Part shown: piece after piece, positions 23,331 to 33,563 of the stretch
Position numbering within the stretch: position 1 is the stretch's first letter
Layout of the letters: each line of letters starts with the position of its first letter
Position numbers and translations under genes: made by a program
Notes under the pieces: generated by a model
What the model saw: the letters and a program-made list of their open reading frames with translations, nothing else
Told to the model about the DNA's origin: nothing
Database searches by the model: none
NCBI RefSeq assembly: GCF_022045235.1
Contig: NW_027266319.1
Span: forward strand, 35,774,001-35,838,000
Source: Haliotis cracherodii
Lineage: Eukaryota
Direction: 5' to 3'
DNA length: 64,000 bases

Positions 23331-25062
23331 TTAGAAAAAGTCCCTGGTGCCACGTGAGAGACTGGAGCTGTACTCAGCCAGGAGAGCTTCCAGGTCCTCA
23401 AGGGTGTCCTGGGGCTCCTCCAGTCTCGCCTGCTTCACAGCTCGGGGCACCTCGCTGTTGTCATCTGGGCACTTTCTCTTGCGTGAGGGCAGGGACTCCT
23501 TGCTGGGCTCAGATGTGGGTTTCTTCTTTTTCCTTAAAATGAGTTTGGTAAGATACAGATATTCCACATCATATTCATCATCAGAGTTTGGCTCACATCT
23601 GTCCACTGACTTGGCAGAATTTACACTTAATGTTGCAGCAGTGACACCACCTGACTTAGGACTCTCTGATGCTGAAACAACCTTATCCTTTAAATTCTTA
23701 ACAGGGACGGGGGATATCTTGCAACCTGTACTGGGCAAGACAGACTTTGGCTTTAAGTATGCACCACCAGCAGACAACAACTGTTCAGCAAAACTAATCT
23801 TAGGTGAAGCCTTAATGATACTATTTCTACACACAGACTTGGTGATACGGTTCCCCAGGGGTCTGCTCTGGGTTTTGATGTGCTGAGCTCCAAGAGGCCG
23901 AGGCACAAAGTAGGGCTTGCTCTCTGGCTGATGCTTGCCCATTTTCTCCTTCAGAATGCGAGGCTTTGGCTGAGGTTTTGGCCTGAACGTGCGGGGCTTG
24001 CGTTTGCAGGGCTTGAGCTCGAGTTTCTGCTTTTGATGGACATTGGGTTCTGGGCTGCTTGTTGAAGGCATGGGAGGAGTTTCAACATGGGCTATAGACT
24101 GGGGATGAGGAACTGGACTGGGTGGGTCAAGTTGGGGCAGAACACAGGAGAAGGCCTAATGGGCGATACAGTCAATTTTTATATTTCATGATTACGTAAG
24201 TACAGTGGAAGTATATCTGTACTATAAAAGCAAGTATTATTTTTTTTTTGGGTTACGTTTTATAAATCATCAAAAAAACAAGAATACTCCTGCATACCTC
24301 TGGTCTCATCAGCTCCAGGTCTAGCACTGAACTGGGCAGGCTGACAGGCAGCTGGCAGACAGGCATCATCTCCCTACTTCTACTGCAAGATGGTGGCTGG
24401 ACTGCAGAAGGCAAGGGGGTACCAGTCACAGATGACTGACCTCCAGGCTGAAGGAGTCTTGGCTGTAAGTAACCAGCATCAAGGGAGAGGTTAACAGGAT
24501 TACCAGCTGGTATCCAGATAGTGTTGTTATCTATCAGACATCTGGTCCCATCTCCCAACACCACTGTTGGCAGCCCGGTGAGCAAGCGGGTCACAGGCAC
24601 TGTAACAGTGAATAGTTTCTTAAACTGCCTACAACTACAAGATAATTCGTCATTTCGTTAATAGTGAAAACCAATATCTAACTGTTCATTAGATTTATGT
24701 CTTTTGAATCAAGTTCAGAGTGTCTGCAGGAATTCCACGAAGTCCGAAAATGTTGTGTATCATGTTCACTTTTTGTGACAGTACAACTAAAATTCCCTAA
24801 AATGTTCAGGTTACCAATCACCATCTAAAGTTATTGGAAAACTCTACAATATAACACACTGGAAATTCCAATTCCGAAAATGTAAATTGGTTATTGTGCA
24901 ATTCTGTAATAGAAGACCTTCAAACAGACAATGAAAATTGAATATGCGGTCCGGAAACATCAGCGTTTCATTGTTTTCATTGTAAACACATTAAAACAAT
25001 CACATGTTGCTTTGTCACTGGGCAAAATACAAATTTCAAATACCTGTCGTAGTGGGATTCAT
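23331..25062 (-). CDS. Uncharacterised putative nuclear protein, copy 1, 381 aa; exons 25062-25044, 24599-24298, 24155-23331
   Basis: ATG AAT CCC ACT ACG ACA G|gtattt ... ttacag|TG CCT (phase 1) ... CCA GAG|gtatgc ... cattag|GCC TTC (phase 0). 19+302+825=1146 nt, open to TAA. Splice sites are conserved in all six copies. Translates MNPTTTVPVTRLL...LEDLEALLAEYSSSLSRGTRDFF. Confidence 0.85.
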
Positions 25063-25124
25063 AGTTTTCTCCACCTCTTCAAGTCGTACACACTTTTAGA
25101 GTCGTATTTTGCACGATAAAACTG

Positions 25125-25290
25125 TAAACACTTCCAGTGATATCTCTCAAAATGGCTGACACACAGGAAAGGCTAGCTGTTGTCATGACGCCGCTACTCT
25201 AGGTAAAACCACGCATGCGTCGACTTTATGCATAACTCGGCACTTGCGTCTGCCTTACATTGTGAATAAAGATAGATCTACATCAACACT
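25125..25290. promoter_or_regulatory. Putative bidirectional promoter, copy 1
   Basis: CAAAATGGC (YY1-like, 25148), palindromes GTCATGAC (25182), ACGCATGCGT (NRF1-like, 25211) and TTATGCATAA (25226). It is locally CpG-rich and lies between two divergent gene starts. Confidence 0.55.
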
Positions 25291-25619
25291 TGGTAGCCAT
25301 CTATATAAGGTTGAAGATGGAGAATAAACGTTGTTAAATGCGAAGGTCATTCCAAGGGAAGCTACTCTAGTAGAGTTTGCTACTTGACAGAAGTTACCGT
25401 GTTTGAATGAGGATTTTATGATCGCTTGAATGAATCATTAAAAAATACTTCATGTTTGCAATGAGAGTGAGTGAGTGAGTTACTTGTGGGCCACCTGTGA
25501 CCCCTTTACAATGTTAAATAAAATACACCGACACTACATCTGTTAAGATTTAGGCACTTCATTACCATTCTATATAGTAATTAATAAACAAATTACATGA
25601 ACATATTATTTTCTCTCAG

Positions 25620-25838
25620 ATTTAGGGTGCGTTCAAGATTGGAAGTGCCACAATGGCTACTACAGGACTCAAACAGGAGTCACCCGGAAATCCTTATCTT
25701 ATGCAAAATAATTCAATAGAAGGGAAGCCAATTATGTCACTGTAACATAATTCTTTAACCTTCCCCTGGCTACAATGGTTAGTACAGAAATAAAAATTGC
25801 GCCAAGGCACAGTTGCTCAACAGGAGTTTTCAAAGTGA
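25620..25838 (+). pseudogene. Truncated, nonsense-bearing copy of the first coding exon of the divergent plus-strand gene
   Basis: Acceptor ttttctctcag|, ATG at 25653 (MATTGLKQESPGNPYLMQNNSIEGKPIMSL), TAA at 25743 where copy 6 has CAA. Homology ends in the G-rich minisatellite. Confidence 0.7.
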
Positions 25839-25839
25839 G

Positions 25840-27150
25840 AAGGAAATGGAGGAGGAGTGGTAAAGGGAAGTCCATTGGTAGGGCGGAGGTAGGGGCAGGT
25901 GGGGAAATGGGGATTATTAGAGGAGGACAGATGAAAGGGGGGGTGGGGGGTACATTGGTAGGGCGGAGGTAGAGGCAGACGGGGAAATGGAGGAGGAGAG
26001 GTGAATGGAAGTACATTGTTAGGACGGGAGTAGGGGCAGGTTGTGAAATGGGGGACACTGGAGGAGGAGAGGTGAAGGGAAGTACATTGTTAGGACGGGA
26101 GTAGGGGCAGGTTGTGAAATGGGGGACATTGGAGGAGGAGAGGTGAATGAAGTACACTCGTGGGCCGGGGCTAGGGGCAGGTTGGGACATGGAGGAGAGA
26201 TGAAGGGAAGCACATTGGTGGGTCGGAGGTAGGGGCAGGTCGGGAAATTGAGGACATTGGAGGTTGAGAGGTGAAGGGAAGTACATTGGTGGGTCGGAGG
26301 TAGGGGCAGGTGGGGAAATGGAGGACATTGGAGAAGGAAAGGTGAAGTGAAGTACATTGTTAGGACGGGAGTAGGGGCAGGTTGGCAAATGGAGGACATC
26401 GGAGGTGGAGAGGTGAAGGAAAGTACACTGGTAGGTCGGAGGAAGGGGAAAGTTGGGAACTGGAGATCATTGAAGGAGGAGAGGTGAAGGGAAGCACACT
26501 GTTAAGACGGGGATAGGACCTGGTGGGGAAATGGAGGACATCGGAGGAGACAGTAAGGGATGTAACTGGTGAGATGGACGTAGGAGCAGATGGGGGGAAA
26601 GGGGAACATGGGAGTATTTGTAGAGAAGGGACGAGCGGTGGAAGGCCTGACGTAGGTGCAGGTTGGGAAACATAACGGGGAAGGTACGTCACGGAGGGGT
26701 TGAGGGAAGTACAGTGGTTGGATGGAAGTAGGAGCAAGTGGGGAAAGCAGGAGCTGGTTGAGAAATAGGAGACATGGGAGCAGGAGAGAGGAAGAAAAAG
26801 AAAAGAAAAGTGGAGGGAAACAAAGGACATGAGCGAAAGAGACAGGGGAAGGGTTGGATGATAGAGGCAGGATTAAGGCATGACGAATGGGGAAATGGAA
26901 GTTATATAGGATTAGGACAGGGTAAGGGAAGTTTTATTGGAGAACGTAGGTCGGGGCTGGTGTGGAAATTGGGACATTAGAGTAGGAGAGAGGAGTTGTA
27001 CTGCAAGGGACCGAAACTGGAGGTAGAAACTGGTCGTGAATTGATGACATGGGAGTAGCCAAGGTGAAAGGAACTATTGTGGAAATGTTGGGAAATGAGG
27101 GTCATGTGTCATAAGAGAGGATAGGTAGTAAAGTCGGAGGAAGAAGATAA
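25840..27150. repeat. G-rich ~70-71-bp minisatellite and purine-rich tail; homologues ~33563-33680 (deleted form), 40586-41740, 48913-50070, 56235-56980
   Basis: ggaggaggagaggtgaagggaagtacattg...aggggcaggttg(g/t)gaaatgggggacatt recurs at ~25989, 26060, 26131, 26260, 26330 and 26401. Confidence 0.85.
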
Positions 27151-30100
27151 GAGAAAAAAACAGATAGAAATTCTGAGGTAGTTTAGCATTGTCCTCAATG
27201 GAACAGTTTAATAATTCCTCTGTAAAGCCTTGTTAACGTATTGAGACTATTTGTGAAACCTAATGTCAGATTAACATGAGAAACCTGATATGAACAATAG
27301 GTCTTGCACATTGTGAACGACCACAGACCTCTTGGGACTTGTGCAACTAACATTGAACACTGCCACAGGTGTCTCCAGCTACATGTGATATAGCTAGGGT
27401 ATATCTAATTCAAAATTACCATACATTCTTGGTTTCAACAAAGAAAGTAAATGCACCATCATGATACTGGATTTCTAGTTCATCATTTGATTGTCTGGTT
27501 TGTTTACATGCCCCCGTGGCATGGCAAGAGTACTGCGGTGTTGGTCTCGGAAACAAGGACATACATTTCTTATGTAAATTTTGCAGGTACTACCCGTAGG
27601 GTCGGAAATGTTTACCATTTTCGTGAACACCTGGTGTCATCCATTTATAAACTTTTCATGTCTTTTTTGCCTTTACAAGCAATGGAATCTGCTTATTGCA
27701 AGGCAAGGCAAGGACGTTTGATAATTTACAACAGTGTAAAACCATACTAAATCCTCAGGTTCTGTGTTACTTTTAGTTAAAGGACGAAAAATGTAAATTG
27801 TGCAAGGTAATGACATTATGTCCGTCGTGTTATATCATAAACTGGTCATAAAACCTTTTCGGATTTCATATGTTAGAAAAAGGAATTTCTTAGTTATCAT
27901 ATGACACATTCTCTTAATAGCTGAGAGAACGTCCCTTCAAATAAACGAGTTAAATTTATACTGTGACAATGCCACATGTACATCTATATGAGGCAAATCT
28001 GTGTCCCAACCGTGTATTACTCGTGAAGAAATATAAGATATACAAAATATATACTTGCTATATAAATGCATGTGTCATCAGTACTCATCAGGGTGACCCA
28101 CCTTTTGTGTCAAGATCATGAAACATTTACCATTCACCCATGCTTGTCTTTAGAATGTGTTAGTGTCAATGGCTGCTAGTTGTAAAAAGAGATCTATGGA
28201 GGACCAGCTATGACATGCATATCATATCAACTTATGATCAGTGCTCATGAGAGTAACACCTTTTGGTTTCCATTTTAGAAAACCTTCACCTGTTACCCAT
28301 TCTTGTCTTAGGAATGTGTTAGGTCAAATCAGCTCCTAGCTATGATTATTACTTGATGGAGGACCAGCTGTGACCTGGTTCGTTGTGTGTCATCATGGTT
28401 TGCCTGGCCCAGACTGGATTACCTTACATGCCACCACAATACAGCTGTAAGATTACCCATTTCTTCAATCACTCACCCATTGGTTTGTTTACCATAACAT
28501 GTTCCATGTGTGTATTGCTGCATTCAGAGAAACAACTGAGGTTATAAAGTATAATACCGATGTATCATGTCTATTGGTTTGGAAAATGATACAGGTACTC
28601 ACTCACATCTTACCAAGTGTGTTCCACATTTGTTTTACTCCCATCAGAGGAATCCATTCTCACCTTGACAGTCAAAATTAAAGCATTTCTGAGCTTTTGA
28701 ATGAGAAAATATCAAACTTCCGTCTCAGTGGACATATTGTATGTTGTCCCCTGTCACTATATTGTGGCAATATTGCCAGTGTGACGTAAACGTTTAACTC
28801 AATATCAGACACAGTAATAAAAGCAACTGCCCACATGTTCTCTTAACATCTGGTGCAAAGTATATGACAATTAATCTAAGTTAAATTAAAATTTGATATT
28901 TCCGGGAGTAAAAGCATTTTCAGTCACGAGTGATGAATAAACATCTCAAAGTCATATATTTGTTGGTTTCAAGAGTCTGCCAACCCCCTTTTGGTATGCT
29001 GATGCCCATATTGCAATGTTGAAAATGATATTTCGTCTTTCTTTTCTTGCAAGGACTGACAATTCTATAATAGATTTGGCTCTTAGCTAATGAGCTTACT
29101 CATGGGCCATGCATCGTATGTGAATATACCAATTTAATTTACTTGCATCAGCTGTGAACACTGATATTACTCAAGAATCACAAATGTGACATTAATATTG
29201 TTGCAATTTATGGTTCAAGTTAAATTGCTCTCGTCAAGCATTGTTTGTGCAACAATAAGGGTTAAAATCACAGAATATAACAGTGACTTGTCGTTTAAGA
29301 TACATGCTGATACTTCATGACAATTTACAACCTTGTTCATTTACAACAGTCATACACACTGAGTGACATCACCAAGACAATGCTGTTAGCTATCTATAAT
29401 TGGTTACTGAGATACCTTTTGCGATGCTTAGCAATGTACTTTCACTCAAATTGTACCTCTACTTTAACAAACCACACAATTCAACTTCAGTTGTTAAAAT
29501 AAAACATAACTACTACTTAGACTGCAAAGTGATATTTTATTATGAAACCATTGTAGACACAAGTTAGAAACAAGCACGTTTTTCAGTTACATACTAAATA
29601 AACGGCCTCCAACCTCCCCTCACAGCCGTCCCTTTCCTCACTTCACATACACTTATTAAACTGTACAGTGACATGTTTCCACTGTATATCTGTCATTACT
29701 TGATAGTTGAGCGAATATGTAGATGGTTCACAGAGAAAATAAAGGAAAGAGTAGGATTGTAGAGACAACATTAAGACAAGAGATAATACAAGACAGGAAA
29801 CTGTAGTTTAGTAGAGGGAACATTAAGATAATAGCTAGTACAAGAGTAGGAAAGTAGGATAGGAGAGACAACAATAAGATAGTAGATAGTACAAGGCAGG
29901 AAAGGGTAGGATAGTGGAGAGCAGAAAAATTAAGATAGCAAATGGTACAAGACAGGGGTAGAGTAGGACAGGAGAGACAACAATAAGATAGTAGATAGAA
30001 CAAAATACCAAAGAGTAACAAAGTAGAGAGACAGCACTAGGATAGCAGATAGTAGAAAAATTGGGATGGTACAGAGTGGGGTAGCAATGGTTGGTACTGA

Positions 30101-30567
30101 GAAATGTTTAAAGGGAAGAACAGGATAGCAGAGAATGGGGAGATGAAGAAAATAACAAAGTACAGATTTGAAGGAAAGCACAAATAATGATTGAGTATGA
30201 TAGTAGTGTAGTGTAGGACTGTACTTTGGCTAGTGTAGGGCAGTTAGGATAGTGAATGACTGGAGAGTGCATATAAGTTTGGCAGTACACAGTAGGGTAG
30301 TGTTGGACAGTTATTGAGAGGATAGTGTAGGTCAGTAGAGAGTAGGTTAGTGTAGGCCAATACAGTGCAGTGTTGGAGAGTATCCAGACAGGAGAGATAG
30401 TAGGATAGATTAGGTAAGTATAGAGCAGGGTAGTAGTGTATGTATGACCGAAGAATAGTTTTGGATAGAATAGGATATTACTGAAGAGGGCAGAGTACGT
30501 CTGTACATGGTTGGGTGGTTTAAGACAGTAGAAAGTAAAGAAGAGAATGACAATGCACGGTACAGTA

Positions 30568-30749
30568 GGAGTGAGTGAGTGAGTGAGTGAATGTGTATTG
30601 TTTTCCGGAGCTTTTAGCAATATTCCAGCAATATCACGGCGGGGGACAACCAGAAATGGGCTTCAGACACTGTACACATGTCAGGATTCGAACCCAGGTC
30701 TTCGGGGTCACAAGCAAAAGCTTTAACCACTAGGCAACCAGACTGCCCC
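30568..30749 (-). mobile_element. tRNA-derived SINE, full length
   Basis: Minus strand reads GGGGCAGTCTGGTTGCCTAGTGGTTAAAGC (A-box region)...GGGTTCGAATCC (B box)...GATATTGCTGGAATATTGCTAAAAGC...(ACTC)n tail. Confidence 0.88.
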
Positions 30750-31100
30750 AGACTAGTGTAGGAAAGTATGTAGCAGAGTAGTATATGAAAGTACATAGTA
30801 GACTCGAGTAGTGTATCACATTACATGGTAGTGTAGATTAGGCTAGTACATGGTAGGGTAAGGTAGCACAGTACATACTAGAGTAGTGTAGGATAGTACA
30901 CAGTACAGAAGTGTAGCACAGTAGATGGTAGTGTAGAGCACAACAGTACAAAGTACAGAAGTGTAGCACAGTAGATGGTAGTGTAGAGCACAACAGTACA
31001 AAGTACTGCAAAACAATGACTGTTAGTGAAAGAATCATATATAAACATCAACCTACTATACACCAATCTATACCTACCTGTTCCCTGCCCCTTACAGTGT

Positions 31101-32848
31101 TTAGAAAAAGTCCCTGGTGCCACATGAGAGACTGGAGCTGTACTCAGCCAGGAGAGCTTCCAGGTCCTCAAGAGTGTCCTGGGGCTCCTCCAGTCTCGCC
31201 TGCTTCACAGCTTGGGGCACCTCGCTGTTGTCATCTGGGCACTTTCTCTTGCGTGAGAGAAGGGACTCCTTGCTAGGCTCAGATGTGGGTTTCTTCTTTT
31301 TCCTTAAAATGAGTTTGGTAAGATACAGATATTCCACATCATATTCATCATCAGAGTTTGGCTCACATCTGTCCACTGACTTGGCAGAATTTACACTTAA
31401 TGTTGCAGCAGTGACACCACCTGACTTAGGACTCTCTGGTGCTGAAACAACCTTATCCTTTACATTCTTAACAGGGACAGGGGATATCTTGCAACCTGTA
31501 CTGGGCAAGACAGACTTTGGCTTTAAGTATGCACCATCAGCAGACAACAACTGTTCAGCAAAACTAATCTTAGGTGAGGCCTTAATGATACTATTTCTAC
31601 CCGCAGACTTGGTGATACGGTTCCCCAGGGGTCTGCTCTGGGTTTTGATGTGCTGAGCTCCAAGAGGCTGAGGCACAAAGTAGGGCTTGCTCTCTGGCTG
31701 ATGCTTGCTCATTTTCTCCTTCAGAATGCGAGGCTTTGGCTGAGGTTTTGGCCTGAACGTGCGGGGATTGCGTTTGCAGGGCTTGAGCTCGTGTTTCTGC
31801 TTTTGATGGACATTGGGTTCTGGGTTGCTTGTTGAAGGCATGGGAGGAGTTTCAACATGGGCTATAGACTGGGGATGAGGAACTGGACTGGGTGGGTCAA
31901 GTTGGGGCAGAACACAGGAGAAGGCCTAATGGATGATACAGTCATTGTATCATTTTTATATTTCATGATTATGTAAGTACAATGAAAGTATATCTCTACT
32001 ATAAAAACAAGTATAATTATGTTTTGAGGTACGTTTTATAAATAATCAAAAAACAAGAATACTCCTGCATACCTCTGGTCTCATCAGCTCCAGGTCTAGC
32101 ACTGAACTGGGCAGGCTGACAGGCAGCTGGCAGACAGGCATCATCCCCCTACGTCTATTGCAATGTGGTAGCTGGACTGCAGGAGGCAGGGGGGTACCAG
32201 TCACAGATGACTGACCTCCAGGCTGAAGGAGTCTTGGCTGTAAGTAACCAGCATCAAGGGAGAGGTTAACAGGATTACCAGCTGGTATCCAGATAGTGTT
32301 GTTATCTATCAGACATCTGGTCCCATCTCCCAACACCACTGCTGGCAGCCCGGGGAGCAAGCGGGTCACAGGCACTGTAACAGTGAATAGTTTCCTAAAC
32401 TGCCTACATCTACAAGATAATTCGTCATTTCGTTAATAGTGAAAACCAATATCTAACTGTTCATTAGAATTATGTCTTTTGAAAACAAGTTTAGCGTGTC
32501 TGCAGGAATTCCACGAAGTCGAAAATGTTGTGTATCATGTTCACTTTTTGTTCACTTCATGTTCACTAGAAAGTAAAATTCCCTAAAATGTTCAGGTTAC
32601 CAATCACCATCTAAAGTTATTGGGAAACTCTACAATATAACACACTGGAAATTCCAATTCCCAAAATGTAAATTGGTTATTGTGCAATTCTGTTATAGTA
32701 GACCTTCATACAGACAATGAAAATTGAATATGCGGTCCGGAAACATCAGCGTTTCATTGTTTTCATTGTAAACACATTAAAACAATCACATGTTGCTTTG
32801 TCACTAGGCAAAATACAAATTTCAAATACCTGTCGTAGTGGGATTCAT
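31101..32848 (-). CDS. Uncharacterised putative nuclear protein, copy 2, 381 aa; exons 32848-32830, 32374-32073, 31925-31101
   Basis: Same exon lengths and GT-AG sites as copy 1, open frame. Exon 3 is ~98% identical to copy 1. Confidence 0.85.
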
Positions 32849-32910
32849 AGTTCTCTCCACCTCTTCAAGTCGTACACACTTTTAGAGTCGTATTTTGCAC
32901 GATAAAACTG

Positions 32911-33075
32911 TGAACACTTCCAGTAATATCTCTCAAAATGGCTGACACACAGGAAGGGCTAGCTGTTGTCATGACGCCGCTACTCTAGGTAAAACCACGC
33001 ATGCGTCGACTTTATGCATAACTCGGCACTTCCGTCTGCCTTACATTGTGAATAAAGATAGATCTACATCAACAC
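32911..33075. promoter_or_regulatory. Putative bidirectional promoter, copy 2
   Basis: Same motif cluster (ACGCATGCGT at 32997) plus ETS-like CACTTCCG. Confidence 0.5.
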
Positions 33076-33404
33076 TTGGTAGCCATCTATATAAGGTTGA
33101 AGATGGAGAAGAAATGTTGTGAAATGCGAAGGTCATTCCAAGGGAAGCTACTCTAGTAGACTTTGCTACTTGACAGGAGTTACCGTGCTTGAATGAGGAT
33201 TTTATGATCGCTTCAATGAATCATTAAAAAATACTTCATGTTTGCAATGAGAGTGAGTGAGTGAGTTACTTGTGGGCCACCTGTGACCCCTTTACAATGT
33301 TAAATAAAATACACGACACTACATCTGTTAAGATTTAGGCACTTCATTACCATTCTATATAGTAATTAATAAACAAATTACATGAACATATTATTTTCTC
33401 TCAG

Positions 33405-33563
33405 ATTTTGGGTGTGTTCAAGATTGGAACTGTCACAATGGCAATTACAGGACTCAAACAGGAGTCACCCGGAAATCGTTATCTTATGCAAAATAATTTA
33501 ATAGTCGGGAAGCCAATTATGTCACTGTAACATAATTAATTGACTTTCCCCTGGCAACAATGG
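33405..33563 (+). pseudogene. Truncated nonsense-bearing copy of the plus-strand gene exon
   Basis: ATG at 33438, TAA at 33528, truncated at caacaatgg. Confidence 0.65.

Noticed and set aside
23347-23886. 179-aa plus-strand ORF repeated in several units
   Set aside because: It is the antisense shadow of exon 3. It is truncated by a stop in copies 5 and 6 at a change that is silent on the minus strand.
24931-25119. 62-aa ORF MKIEYAVRKHQ... present in all six units
   Set aside because: It is short and antisense to exon 1/intron 1. Its persistence is expected given the high unit identity, and there is no independent support.
25152-25202. Plus-strand mini-ORF MADTQERLAVVMTPLL followed by gtaaaa
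   Set aside because: It stops after 16 codons. The ATG is lost in copy 4 and the GT is lost in copy 6. It is better explained as promoter motif sequence.
29317-29502. Recurrent small ORFs in the AT-rich spacer (MTIYNLVHL..., MFHVCIAAF..., MAWQEYCC...)
   Set aside because: They are frameshifted or deleted in some units, with no consistent splice structure or recognisable domain.
30660-30749. tRNA gene
   Set aside because: It has A and B boxes but I could not fold a convincing cloverleaf, and it continues into a SINE body and simple-repeat tail.
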